NCBI GenBank assembly: GCA_963666275.2
Contig: CAXXOA010000002.1
Location: 640,001 to 704,000, forward strand
Direction: 5' to 3'
Origin: Oceanispirochaeta sp.
Lineage (GTDB): Bacteria; Spirochaetota; Spirochaetia; DSM-2461
DNA: 64,000 nucleotides
Part shown: piece after piece, positions 18,612 to 29,185 of the stretch
How positions within the stretch are numbered: position 1 is the stretch's first letter
Layout of the letters: the number at the start of each line of letters is the position of its first letter
Position numbers and translations under genes: made by a program
Notes under the pieces: model-generated
Seen by the model: only the letters and a program-made list of their open reading frames with translations
Told to the model about the DNA's origin: nothing
Databases searched by the model: none

Positions 18612-18742
18612 ATGCTCACGGGAGACACAGGAAAGGAGGTCTCCAAGGTCGAGAAGGAGCTGCAGGACGAGAAGGACACGGTGTTAATGGTGAGGGACGG
18701 TGTGAATGATGCACCGGCCCTGGCCTCCGCCGATATGGGGAA
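18612..18742 (+). pseudogene. remnant of a heavy-metal P-type ATPase
   Basis: MLTGD...VLMVRDGVNDAPALASADMG (GDGVNDAPAL motif) without the rest of the gene. Confidence 0.7.
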
Positions 18743-18975
18743 CGTCCATTCCGGTAACCCTGAACGGTATGTGTGTAATGTGCTTTTTGAGATTAGCCGC
18801 CCTGTACTGCCCCCTCCGCTAGGGGGCAGCCCGTTCTATAGCTTTTTTATATCGGGACGAAAATTTAAACACTGCTTCGGTAATAATGGTGATGGAGGCC
18901 GCCTATAAGAGGTCTCTTCTTGATGCTCCCAGATTTTGCATAATTCGTAAGCGCTAATATCTCGGCATTAGAAAA

Positions 18976-20541
18976 TTAGTTGATAATGTTCCAGGGAAGA
19001 AGCTGCTCCAGAGCCTTACGATCAGTTGAATCAATCCTTGGCAATTTCTCGAAAAGCTGAAAGAGATAATTCTGCGGCTCAATATTATTTGCCTTCGCCG
19101 TTTCACACAGACTGTATATAGCAGCACTCGCATGGGCACCCTTCGGGGAGTCATAGAACATCCAGTTCTTCCGACCGACAACAAAGGGTCTTATGGCATT
19201 CTCTGCGATATTGTTATCCGGTGTAGTCACTGCATACTTCATGTAGCGGACAAGCTTTTTATATTCATTCCGAGTATATGAGACTGCTTCTCCCAGCTTC
19301 GTCTTCGGCGGAACCGTTGTAGACATCTCTTTCAGCCACTTTTGGAAGTCCTTCCATATAGGAACGACCTGTTTACGGCGGGTTTCGATGAAAGACCGCT
19401 GATCAAAATCTTTTTCCCGCAGTTCTTTCTCGACCTTGTAGATTTTCTGAATGAGTTTCAGTGCTGTATTGGCCTTACCGCCACTCTTTGTCGCCTTGGC
19501 TGCTTCATAGAATTTTCTTCTGGCATGAGCCAGGCATCCCACATGATCAAGTTCGTATTCTTTTGCAGCCTTGTAGTACCCGGCGTATCCATCAGTTTGG
19601 AGAATACCGGAGAATCCTTTCAGTAAGGAGAGAGCTACCTCTTCTTTTCTTGTCTGAGAGTAGTTAAACAGGACTATCTTTCGGTCCTCATTAGAACCGA
19701 CGGTAATCCACATATAGGATTTGTTCTCCGGTTTTCGTCCCGGTTCCTTCAAAACCTGGACCGTGGTTTCATCCATATTGATCAACGGTCCTTCCCTGCT
19801 GAGTTCTCTCATCAATTCAATTAGAGGTTCGCACTTCTGTGCGGCTTTAATAGACCAGTTCGCCATATTTGTGCGGCTGATATCCAGTCCTACCCGTTTA
19901 AAAATCCTTTCCATTCGATTAAACGGCAGAGAATCACCGAATTTGCTGACAAGGATATAACTCAGGATACCAGATGAAGCGATGCTTCCTGGCATAATAC
20001 GGGGCGGAGCCTTGGATCTGAGAATAGTAGGGAGATCTTCATCTTTTTGAAAATCATCACATGTACAGGGACCGTACTTAAGCTTGATATGTTTTTTGAC
20101 TATGACTTTGGCAGGAATGAACTGAAGCTCTTCTGATTCATCTTGTCCGATCAGGGGTCTCTTGGAATGGCAATGGCGACAGATCTTTTCTTCTTCAGGT
20201 AAATCGTGGATGATCTCTTCCCGTGGGATGCTCTCCGGGATGGGTTTTCTACCGACATTTTTCCCATTGCTGGTTTTCTTTACAGGTTCTTCTGCCACCT
20301 GGTCTGAAGACTCATCAGTAATCTGTTCAATCTCATTGAACAGATCCATTTGCTTCTTATCTTCTTCCGTCCATTTCTCGCTCTTACGGGCATATTTCAG
20401 CCCTTTGATAAAAAGGATTTCCTCTTTCAGACTTTCAATAAGAGCATCCTGCTTTTCCTGTTTTTCCTGCATATCCAGGATGAGTTGCTTCAACTGATCG
20501 ATATCATCAGGTAGTGATGATCTATCCCTCTCAGATGCCAT
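18976..20541 (-). CDS. tnpC: IS66 transposase TnpC
   Basis: DETTVQVL, LQTDGYAGY, GCLAHARRKF, DNNIAENAIRPFVVGRKNW. Confidence 0.95.
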   Translation of the reverse strand: MASERDRSSLPDDIDQLKQLILDMQEKQEKQDALIESLKEEILFIKGLKYARKSEKWTEEDKKQMDLFNEIEQITDESSDQVAEEPVKKTSNGKNVGRKPIPESIPREEIIHDLPEEEKICRHCHSKRPLIGQDESEELQFIPAKVIVKKHIKLKYGPCTCDDFQKDEDLPTILRSKAPPRIMPGSIASSGILSYILVSKFGDSLPFNRMERIFKRVGLDISRTNMANWSIKAAQKCEPLIELMRELSREGPLINMDETTVQVLKEPGRKPENKSYMWITVGSNEDRKIVLFNYSQTRKEEVALSLLKGFSGILQTDGYAGYYKAAKEYELDHVGCLAHARRKFYEAAKATKSGGKANTALKLIQKIYKVEKELREKDFDQRSFIETRRKQVVPIWKDFQKWLKEMSTTVPPKTKLGEAVSYTRNEYKKLVRYMKYAVTTPDNNIAENAIRPFVVGRKNWMFYDSPKGAHASAAIYSLCETAKANNIEPQNYLFQLFEKLPRIDSTDRKALEQLLPWNIIN

Positions 20542-20585
20542 GAAGAGGATTATAACAGGAGTCCGGTTAAATTAATAGTAGAACT

Positions 20586-20933
20586 TCAAGAAACGGTTTT
20601 ATATCCCAGAGACTTATGAGCCTTCCAGAAATCAATACCGTCGAGCAGCATATGGAACTGGTCGTAAGTTATTTCTCCGGCGGCATTTTCATCTGCAGGC
20701 CAGGGGAAATGATCCTTTTCCAGCCTCTTCAGCCAGAGACAGAATCCATTCCGGTCCCAGTAGAGAATCTTTAAAAGCTTTCGTTGCTTATTGCAGAAGA
20801 GAAACAGTGACCCGGAAAAAGGGTTCCGCTTCAAGTCTTCCTCGACCAGGATGGACAGCCCGTTGATTTGCTTTCTCATATCTGTATAACCAGGGCTGAT
20901 GTATATGTTTAAATCACTGAAGTCTACAATCAT
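20586..20933 (-). CDS. tnpB: IS66 accessory protein TnpB
   Basis: TDMRKQINGL...LFLFCN...KILYWD.NGFCLW.KRLE. Confidence 0.95.
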   Translation of the reverse strand: MIVDFSDLNIYISPGYTDMRKQINGLSILVEEDLKRNPFSGSLFLFCNKQRKLLKILYWDRNGFCLWLKRLEKDHFPWPADENAAGEITYDQFHMLLDGIDFWKAHKSLGYKTVS

Positions 20934-21226
20934 GCTATGGTCCTCAATGATTTAACGATTCGAATCAGGTGGGATTCATCGAAGTACTGTGGAACAAGAA
21001 TCCGGGAGGGGCCGACAAGAACCTCAATCATTGAGCTCTTTTTCTCTTCCTTCTTCAGGTTAAGCTTAACAAGTCCGTTTTCTGAAGCCTTCATAGGAGT
21101 CTTGAACCTTCCTTTCCAATCACGGAACGTCCAGTAACTCAGATTCTCATCCCTGCAGAACTCAGCCATGGACTTTCCGCTGGCCTGCCATCTATCGATC
21201 ATCTCTTTCCAGTATTCTCGGGTCAT
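20930..21226 (-). CDS. tnpA: IS66 accessory protein TnpA
   Basis: W...I..WQASG.S..EFC...LS..TF..W; GGAGG RBS before MTREYW. Confidence 0.85.
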   Translation of the reverse strand: MTREYWKEMIDRWQASGKSMAEFCRDENLSYWTFRDWKGRFKTPMKASENGLVKLNLKKEEKKSSMIEVLVGPSRILVPQYFDESHLIRIVKSLRTIA

Positions 21227-21340
21227 TTGAAACCTCCACTCTGGAAAAGATATTGTGAATGGAGTGGATGTAAGCGTCAAATAAACCGCATCTAAAAATC
21301 TCCAAGTCATCCCGGTACAATCTCCATCAGGAGAATTACT

Positions 21341-21643
21341 ATGAAACAATACACAATGGATCAGCGCTACGCTCTTTTGGCAGAGTGGAAACAGTCCGGA
21401 AAATCTGTAAGTCAGTTCTGCCGGGATAAAAAACTGAAAACAACGACTTTCCACGGATGGCAAAAGCGGTATGACCGTAAAACTCCATCCTTGGTTGAAG
21501 TTCCTGTTAAATTGCCCAAGGAAACAGTCAAAGGCTCATCCATTGAGTTACAATGGAATGCCTACCGGATAAAACTGGATCGGAACTTTGATACAATCAC
21601 ATTGAAAAAACTGCTTCAGACCCTGGTACAGTGCAATGATTAA
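21341..21643 (+). CDS. tnpA: IS66 TnpA
   Basis: EWKQSGKSVSQFCRD..L..TTF..W. Confidence 0.85.
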   Translation: MKQYTMDQRYALLAEWKQSGKSVSQFCRDKKLKTTTFHGWQKRYDRKTPSLVEVPVKLPKETVKGSSIELQWNAYRIKLDRNFDTITLKKLLQTLVQCND

Positions 21644-21983
21644 GGATTTCTCTCAAATCAAGATATTTATCCGACCCGGTGTTACCGATATGCGGAAAGC
21701 TATTAATGGTTTGGCGGTAGAAGTTCAGGATGAAATGTCTCTTGATCCTTTTTGCGGCTCTCTTTTTATGTTCTGTAATAAACAGAGACGGATTCTGAAA
21801 GCCCTTTACTGGGATCAGACAGGCTTCTGCCTCTGGCAGAAGCGTCTGGAGAAGCACCGCTTCCCCTGGCCAGATACGGAAGAAGCTGCTAAAGCCATCA
21901 GCTTTGAAGAACTCTCTATGCTTCTGAAGGGTATAGACTTCTGGAAAGCCCACGAAACATTGAAATATTCAGAAATTGCCTGA
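21636..21983 (+). CDS. tnpB: IS66 TnpB
   Basis: TDMRKAINGL...LYWDQTGFCLWQKRLE. Confidence 0.95.
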   Translation: MIKDFSQIKIFIRPGVTDMRKAINGLAVEVQDEMSLDPFCGSLFMFCNKQRRILKALYWDQTGFCLWQKRLEKHRFPWPDTEEAAKAISFEELSMLLKGIDFWKAHETLKYSEIA

Positions 21984-22024
21984 AAGGAATTTACTCAAAT
22001 TCCAGTCTTTGTTAAAATTCTCTT

Positions 22025-23596
22025 ATGGATATTTCCTCTCTTCCGTTGGAAGCACAAAAAGAATTTTTATCTCTGAAAAAGCAACTTGCTGAATCAGAAG
22101 CCCAGAATCAGAACTGGGAAAAGAAATATCAGCTTCTTGAAGAGAAGTTGGCCTTGGCATTGCATCGTCAATTCGGTCGAAGAGCAGAAAATATCCCTGA
22201 TCAGATTGAATTATTTGATTCTGATGAACCACAGACTCCTGAGGAAGACTGTTCGGAAGAACAGCAAATAGATTCTTACAAGCGTAAGAAAACAGGCAGA
22301 AAGCCTCTGGATGAGAACCTTCCCCGCAAAGAACGGATTATTGATATTCCTGAAGATGAAAAAAACTGTGCCTGCGGAACAGAACTGAAAAAAATCGGAG
22401 AAGAAATCTCTGAGAAACTGCATGTGATCCCTCCCCGTATCTGGGTAGAACGGATTGTCCGGTTAAAATATGCCTGTGGTAATTGCGAAGGAACCGCCGA
22501 TGAAGATGTTCCTGCTGTAAAGATTGCCCCTCCGGAGCCTTCCATCATCCCCAAAGGGATTGTCACTCCCGGTCTGTTGGCATTTCTGATGGTAAACAAG
22601 TACGTGGACCATCTTCCTTTTTACCGACAGGAAAAGCGGTTTGAGCGTATGGGAGCCCGAATCAGCCGTCAGAATATGAGTAATTGGCAGAAAAAGGCTT
22701 ATGAAGCTCTTCTCCCTCTCTTTGAACTGCTGAAAACCCACATAAAATCCGGTCCGGTGATCCAAATGGATGAAACAACCGTACAGGTTCTGAATGAACC
22801 AGGTCGGGATAACAAACAGAAATCCTATATGTGGCTGTCCAGAGGCGGTCCTCCGGGACAACAAGCTGTTTATTATGAGTACCATCCAACACGGGCATCG
22901 GAATATGCAAAGAATTTTCTCACTAGTTTTAAAGGGTATCTGCAAACCGATGGATATCAAGGATACAAAACCGCGGTAGAAGGCAATCCCGATATACATC
23001 TGGTAGGCTGCTTTGCACATGCCAGAAGGAAGTTCTTTGAGGCTGATAAAGCCAGTAAAAAATCTAAAAGTGCTCTGGAAGGAATCAAGCATATCAAGAA
23101 GCTCTATGCCTTGGAAAATGATCTAAGGAGTAAGAAATTATCTCCTGAAGAGTTCCAGGAACAACGGAAAAGCAAGGCCGAACCCATTCTTGAAAAATTT
23201 AAACAATGGTTGGATAAAAGGGCTGAAAATGTTTTACCTGAAAGTGCTTTAGGTAAGGCTGTTCATTATGCATTGAATCAATGGGATTATTTGATCCGAT
23301 ATCTGGAAAGTCCTTATCTGACTCCGGATAATAATGGCAGTGAAAATGCTATTCGTCCTTTTGTTCTGGGGAGGAAAAACTGGCTATTTTCCGGGAATCC
23401 CAAAGGGGCAGACAGTTCCTGCGGGATGTATTCTCTGATTGAGACTGCAAAACAAAATAATTTGAATCCCTTTGATTATCTGCATTATGTTTTCTCTAAA
23501 GCTCCGTTCATCAATAATGAACAAGAATGGGAAGAATTATTACCATGGAATTTAAAAGATAACATTACGGCTGATAAAGGGCCTGTGTTTATTTGA
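22025..23596 (+). CDS. tnpC: IS66 transposase TnpC
   Basis: DHLPFYRQ, DETT, QTDGY, CFAHARRKF, DNN..E.AIRP...GRKNWLF; stop codon lies inside the right IR. Confidence 0.95.
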   Translation: MDISSLPLEAQKEFLSLKKQLAESEAQNQNWEKKYQLLEEKLALALHRQFGRRAENIPDQIELFDSDEPQTPEEDCSEEQQIDSYKRKKTGRKPLDENLPRKERIIDIPEDEKNCACGTELKKIGEEISEKLHVIPPRIWVERIVRLKYACGNCEGTADEDVPAVKIAPPEPSIIPKGIVTPGLLAFLMVNKYVDHLPFYRQEKRFERMGARISRQNMSNWQKKAYEALLPLFELLKTHIKSGPVIQMDETTVQVLNEPGRDNKQKSYMWLSRGGPPGQQAVYYEYHPTRASEYAKNFLTSFKGYLQTDGYQGYKTAVEGNPDIHLVGCFAHARRKFFEADKASKKSKSALEGIKHIKKLYALENDLRSKKLSPEEFQEQRKSKAEPILEKFKQWLDKRAENVLPESALGKAVHYALNQWDYLIRYLESPYLTPDNNGSENAIRPFVLGRKNWLFSGNPKGADSSCGMYSLIETAKQNNLNPFDYLHYVFSKAPFINNEQEWEELLPWNLKDNITADKGPVFI

Positions 23597-23686
23597 CGCT
23601 TACGAGTAAAAAGGGAGTAAGCGTCAAATAAACCGCATCTAATAATTTTGAAGACCTCCCAGTACAATCTCACAAGGAGGTCTTCC

Positions 23687-23989
23687 TTGAAACAATATAA
23701 AATGGATCAGCGCCATGCTCTTCTGGCAGAATGGGAACTGTCTGGCAAATCAGTAAATCAATTCTGCCGGGATAAAAACCTGAAAGCAACAACATTCCAC
23801 GGATGGAGGAAGCGATACAAACGGAAACCTCAACCTTTGGTTGAAATTCCTGTAAAACTGCCCAGGGAAACATCCATAGGCTCATCCATTGAATTGCAAT
23901 GGAAATCCTACCGGATAAAACTGGACCGGGATTTTGATACAATCACATTAAAGAAACTGCTTCAGACCCTGGAAGAGTGCAATGATTAA
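23687..23989 (+). CDS. tnpA: IS66 TnpA
   Basis: paralogue of 21341; TTG start after AAGGAGG. Confidence 0.8.
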   Translation: MKQYKMDQRHALLAEWELSGKSVNQFCRDKNLKATTFHGWRKRYKRKPQPLVEIPVKLPRETSIGSSIELQWKSYRIKLDRDFDTITLKKLLQTLEECND

Positions 23990-24329
23990 GGATTTCTCCC
24001 AGGTCAAAATATTTATCCGCCCCGGTGTTACGGATATGCGGAAAGCCATAAACGGTTTGGCTGTAGAAGTTCAGGATGAAATGTCTCTTGATCCCTTTTG
24101 CGGCTCTCTCTTCATGTTCTGTAATAAACAGAGACGGATTCTGAAGGCCCTCTATTGGGACCAGACAGGGTTCTGCCTCTGGCAGAAACGTCTAGAGAAG
24201 CACCGTTTTCCCTGGCCGGATACGGAAGAAGCTGCTAAAGCCATCAGCTTTGAAGAACTCTCTATGCTTTTGAAGGGTATAGATTTCTGGAGGGCTCATA
24301 AATCATTGAAATATTCAGAAATTGCCTGA
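23982..24329 (+). CDS. tnpB: IS66 TnpB
   Basis: near-identical to 21636. Confidence 0.95.
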   Translation: MIKDFSQVKIFIRPGVTDMRKAINGLAVEVQDEMSLDPFCGSLFMFCNKQRRILKALYWDQTGFCLWQKRLEKHRFPWPDTEEAAKAISFEELSMLLKGIDFWRAHKSLKYSEIA

Positions 24330-24370
24330 AAGGAATTTACTCAAATTCCAGACTTTGCTAAAATTCTTTT

Positions 24371-25942
24371 ATGGATATTGCCTCTCTTCCTTTGGAAGCA
24401 CAAAGAGAATTCCTTTTGCTGAAACAGCAACTCGCTGAATCAAAAGCCCAGAACCAGAACTGGGAAAAGAAGTATCAGCTTCTTGAAGAGAAACTGGCTT
24501 TGGCCCTGCATCGGCAATTTGGCAGAAGAGCAGAAAATATTCCTGATCAGATTGAATTGTTTGATACTGAAGAATCTGTGACTCCAGAGGAAGACAGTTC
24601 AGAAGAACAGGAAATATCCACCTACAAACGTAAAAAAACAGGCAGAAAGCCTCTGGATGAGAACCTTCCCCGTAAAGAACGGATTATTGATATTTCTGAA
24701 GATGAGAAAATCTGTGCCTGCGGTATGGAACTGAAGAAGATCGGAGAAGAAATCTCTGAGAAACTGCATGTGATCCCTCCCCGTATCTGGGTAGAGCGGA
24801 TTATCCGGTTTAAATATGCCTGTGGTAATTGTGAAGGAACCGCCGATGAAGATGTTCCTGCTGTAAAGATTGCCCCTCCGGAGCCTTCCATCATCCCCAA
24901 AGGGATTGTCACTCCCGGTCTGTTGGCATTTCTGATGATAAACAAGTACGTGGACCATCTTCCTTTTTACCGACAGGAAAAACGGTTTGAGCGTATGGGA
25001 GCCCGGATTAGCCGTCAGAATATGAGTAATTGGCAGAAAAAGGCTTACGAAGCCCTTCTCCCTCTCTTTGAACTGCTGAAAACACACATAAAATCCGGTC
25101 CAGTGCTCCAAATGGATGAAACAACCGTCCAGGTTCTGAATGAACCAGGTCGGGATAACAAACAAAAATCCTATATGTGGCTGGCCAGAGGCGGTCCTCC
25201 GGGACAACAAGCTGTTTATTATGAGTACCATCCGACACGGGCATCGGAATATGCGAAGAATTTTCTCACTGGTTTTAAAGGGTATCTGCAAACCGATGGA
25301 TATCAAGGATACAAAACCGCGGTAGAAGGCAATCCCGATATACATCTGGTAGGCTGCTTTGCTCATGCCAGAAGGAAGTTCATTGAGGCTGATAAAGCCA
25401 GTAAGAAATCTAAAAGTGCTCTGGAAGGAATCAAACATATCAAGAAGCTCTATGCCTTGGAAAATGATCTAAGGAGTAGGAAATTGTCTCCTGAAGATTT
25501 CCTGGAACAACGGAAAAGCAAGGCTGAACCCATTCTTGATGCATTTAAACAGTGGTTGGATAAAAGGGCTGAAAATGTTTTACCGGAAAGTGCTTTGGGA
25601 AAAGCGGTTCACTATGCATTGAATCAATGGGATTATTTGATTCGATATCTGGAAAGCCCCTATCTGACTCCGGATAATAATGCCAGTGAAAATGCTATTC
25701 GTCCTTTTGTTCTGGGGAGGAAAAACTGGCTATTTTCCGGGAATCCCAAAGGGGCAGACAGTTCCTGCGGGATGTATTCTCTGATTGAGACTGCAAAACA
25801 AAATAATTTGAATCCCTTTGATTATCTGCATTATGTTTTCTCTAAAGCTCCGCTCATCAATAATGAACAAGAATGGGAAGAATTATTACCATGGAATTTA
25901 AAAGATAACATTACGGCTGATAAAGGGCCTGTGTTTATTTGA
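24371..25942 (+). CDS. tnpC: IS66 transposase TnpC
   Basis: near-identical to 22025. Confidence 0.95.
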   Translation: MDIASLPLEAQREFLLLKQQLAESKAQNQNWEKKYQLLEEKLALALHRQFGRRAENIPDQIELFDTEESVTPEEDSSEEQEISTYKRKKTGRKPLDENLPRKERIIDISEDEKICACGMELKKIGEEISEKLHVIPPRIWVERIIRFKYACGNCEGTADEDVPAVKIAPPEPSIIPKGIVTPGLLAFLMINKYVDHLPFYRQEKRFERMGARISRQNMSNWQKKAYEALLPLFELLKTHIKSGPVLQMDETTVQVLNEPGRDNKQKSYMWLARGGPPGQQAVYYEYHPTRASEYAKNFLTGFKGYLQTDGYQGYKTAVEGNPDIHLVGCFAHARRKFIEADKASKKSKSALEGIKHIKKLYALENDLRSRKLSPEDFLEQRKSKAEPILDAFKQWLDKRAENVLPESALGKAVHYALNQWDYLIRYLESPYLTPDNNASENAIRPFVLGRKNWLFSGNPKGADSSCGMYSLIETAKQNNLNPFDYLHYVFSKAPLINNEQEWEELLPWNLKDNITADKGPVFI

Positions 25943-25949
25943 CGCTTAC

Positions 25950-26246
25950 GAAGAGTCCTTTCATAATGCCCCGAACGATATCCCTGTCGTTCCGAGTTCC
26001 GTTCATGCTTCTGAGCATTACATAACTGATCAGCTTCTGCTTCTAGCATTGCATTCAATGTCTCTTCTACCGTTTGCCTTACGAAATTCCCGAGATGGTC
26101 TTTGACTTTATCCTCGTTTAGTTCGATAATATTACCATTCATACAGTCCTCCTTCTGACACGTTTTTTGTGGTTATTAAACAATCGTCAGTTTGAGGACT
26201 TATTTATTATTCATTTTTGAAATTGCGAAAGAAATTATACGTTATC
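25950..26246 (-). mobile_element. IS256-family remnant (5' end plus N-terminal 64 codons of transposase), cut by IS66 element 3
   Basis: VEETLNAMLEAEADQLCNA..HER...R.GYRSGHYER.L is the IS256 transposase N-terminus (ATG 26142); outer end approximate. Confidence 0.8.
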
Positions 26247-26313
26247 TGGATACCTCTAACGTACAGCCAACTGTCTGGTAAATATCATCACTGTACAATA
26301 TTCGATTAAGTAC

Positions 26314-27309
26314 TTATGAAGATATTAATCTATCGTATACTAATGGATAAATATCCTTAATACTATCAAATGAAGCTTTTTTTATTTCATAATCAATAAG
26401 AACTTCATTAATTATGGGAACATATATATAACCATTATTTAGCTCTACATTAAGCTGTTTAAGATATGGTTCATAACCAAAGCACTGATTAATTAATCTT
26501 AAAACTGTTGTTCTTATGATGGTTTCAATAAATACTTGTTGCCAATTTTTATAAAAATTCGTATCAAGCGTGTTCATAATTTTATTTTTAATTGATCTGC
26601 TATTGAATTTTTTGTAATCAACAAAAATATCATTAAAAATGGAATGAGCAAATTCATGCCATATGTAATATATTATATGCTTTTTATTACCAAAAGAAAT
26701 GCGATTATTATCATCTATAAATCCGATAATAGCCATTGGACTATCATGATAGCGACCACCATAATTACAAAAATCAAACGAGTTTAAAAATAAATAGTAA
26801 TTTGAGAAAGAAACTTGATTATATTTTTCAAAGTGATCAATATGTAAATCAAGATCATAATCTAAAATATTATATAGATGTTGATCATAATAATTTTTAT
26901 TATCAATAAAATAACAATTGAAACCTGTTTTTTCATAGAAGTCATCAATTAATGAAAATAATTTTTTTATATTCCTAATCCCATTTGCTCTATACACTAT
27001 TTCTTCTGGAATATCTTTATAACTAACTCTATTTCTATTGTATTGTAAAAATAATCTTGGTAAACAATCGTATGCAAATTTTTTATTTCTAGTCATCTTC
27101 CTAAAAAAAGTTACTAATGGATCATTACTAAAATCATTATAATGAGTTATCGTTTTCTGCAAAAAAATATTATTTTTAAAATATGTATTATACTCATCCC
27201 CGAAAATATTTGACCAATAACCCGAGATGTACTGCAATATCCCCAACAATTCAAGATTCGCTGAAAAAGAACTAGTTAATTTCATTTGTTTCCCTAATAA
27301 TTTATCCAT
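26314..27309 (-). CDS. DUF4932-like putative zinc metallopeptidase
   Basis: HEFAHS (HExxH), W....E.I.R motif, N-terminal NLELL; very low GC. Confidence 0.6.
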   Translation of the reverse strand: MDKLLGKQMKLTSSFSANLELLGILQYISGYWSNIFGDEYNTYFKNNIFLQKTITHYNDFSNDPLVTFFRKMTRNKKFAYDCLPRLFLQYNRNRVSYKDIPEEIVYRANGIRNIKKLFSLIDDFYEKTGFNCYFIDNKNYYDQHLYNILDYDLDLHIDHFEKYNQVSFSNYYLFLNSFDFCNYGGRYHDSPMAIIGFIDDNNRISFGNKKHIIYYIWHEFAHSIFNDIFVDYKKFNSRSIKNKIMNTLDTNFYKNWQQVFIETIIRTTVLRLINQCFGYEPYLKQLNVELNNGYIYVPIINEVLIDYEIKKASFDSIKDIYPLVYDRLISS

Positions 27310-29185
27310 AAATCATTTGTCTATCAAAACAAAATAACTTATTACCCATTTTTAGAAATTCTTCGTCATGTGAAACAGAAATAATAATACTCCCGGTGTT
27401 CTTAAATTCTAACAGAAAGGAACTTAATTTATCAATGGATGTTGCATCTAAGTTATTTGTTACTTCATCTAAAAGCAATAACTGTGGTTTGGAGACTAAG
27501 GCACGAGCAATAGCAATTTTTTGTTTTTCTCCACCTGACAAAGACTCAGCATCTTCAGACAGAATGGTATTATAACCACTATTCAAGTCCAAAATGAAAT
27601 CTTCTATACCAATCTGCTTACAAATTAAGTATACATCATTTTCAGATACATCATTTCTATAATATATAATATTCTCCATAATTGTCCCACTTATGAATAC
27701 AGGATTTTGAGGTACATAGCCAATTTTTTTGAGATATTCTTGAATATTCAATGTTGAAATTGGAATATTATTAATCAATATTTTACTAGTGTAACTTTTA
27801 TACTGCCCCAACAATAGTTTTATAATTGTAGATTTTCCTGTACCAGATCTACCAGATATAGAAATCCAATCAAATTTATTAAATGAAATATTCAAATTTT
27901 TAAAAACGTATTTTTCATTGTCATAAAAGTAACTAAGATCATCAATTTTTATATTACAAATATCAGATGATAATAGATTTTCAGAATCACATTCATAATT
28001 GTTATAATCAAAAAAATCAGTTAATCTAGCTATTGAAACAAATGTTTCATTCAATTTTGCTTGAATATTAAGTAATCGGTTAAGTGGTCTAATAAATAAT
28101 ATTATAAGAAAACATATCGATACTAATTGACCAGTAGACAGTTTAGCATAAAAAATTAGAATTCCACCAATCCAGATAATTGCATTCCTAGAGTTCAAAT
28201 CTATGAAGTCATTATAAAAATCATGCACTATTTGAGTCTTTCTTAACTTAATCAATGAATCTAGCATTTTGTTATATTTTTTTTTAAACATTGATAAAAT
28301 ATTACTTTGAATATTGAGAGTTTTATTATATTCATGAGATTTTATTATTTCTACTTTATATGATTCTACTTGTGACTTTTGATCAATAATATCAATATAT
28401 AATTTTGAAAACAACTTTGAAAAGGAAACAAAGATAATGATTGTTAATATAAATGCAATTATTGGTACTATTGATATAAATAAAGATTCACAAATGATAA
28501 ATATAATTACAATAAGTACAACTATTGAATCCATAATCAATGAAACAGTTGTTTCTGAGAGAGTATTCTTTATTGTTTCAGCATCATCAAATCTTGATAG
28601 AATTTGTCCAATCTTTCTTTTTTCGAAAAAAGCAATGGGTAAATTTGACAAATGATAAAAAAAATCATATACAATTTTCTTTTCTATTGAAACTGAGAAT
28701 TTCATTAACATCAAACTACGTACACTTTCTAAAGAAATTTGAAAAAATGAAAGTACGATCAGAATAATTGAGAATTTGGAAACAGCACTTATAGATCTTT
28801 TTGTTAAAATATCATCGATATAAAATTGAAAAAGTACTGAAGATAAAATACCTAGTAAAGTTCCCACCGTTGTTACTATAAAAAGTACTATTAAATCATA
28901 TTTTTTGTCTTGAAATATAGTCTTTAAAAATTCTTTTGATTTAACTTCCGAATATATAGAATAATCAACTTTTTCTTTTCTTTCATATTTTATTATGTAA
29001 CCAGTCCATATTTCTTGAAAAGAATCAAATGAATATTTTTTCTTTCCATGTAATGGATCAAGTGTATAAATGTATTTATCTGAAACTTTGTAAATATTAA
29101 TAAAATGCTTTTGAGAATTATTTTTTAATTCAACATGCGCAATGAAAGGAACTAAATTATCAGTTGGATACTCTTTCAATTCAGT
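27302..29185 (-). pseudogene. peptidase C39-containing ABC exporter (PCAT), 5'-truncated
   Basis: PFIAH...HF....DP..G...F...WTG C39 remainder, TMD, GRSGTGKST, LSGGEKQK; the N-terminal catalytic Cys segment is absent. Confidence 0.8.

Larger units (their letters stand above)
18947..21269 (-). mobile_element. IS66-family element 1 (left end missing, replaced by element 2)
   Basis: GTAAGCGC terminus at 18947; tnpA-tnpB-tnpC on the minus strand; no matching CGCTTAC end before 21270. Confidence 0.85.
21270..23603 (+). mobile_element. IS66-family element 2 (complete)
   Basis: terminal IRs GTAAGCGTCAAATAAAC and GTTTATTTGACGCTTAC. Confidence 0.95.
23617..25949 (+). mobile_element. IS66-family element 3 (diverged tandem copy of element 2)
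   Basis: same terminal IRs; 13 bp downstream of element 2. Confidence 0.95.

Noticed and set aside
21227..21463. Long N-terminal extension of the minus-strand TnpA (177-aa ORF)
   Set aside because: It runs through the end of the neighbouring IS66; the true start is MTREYW at 21226, which has an RBS.
20586..24329. RNA-guided TnpB nuclease
   Set aside because: These are 115-aa IS66 accessory TnpB proteins, unrelated to IS200/605 TnpB; no RuvC motifs.
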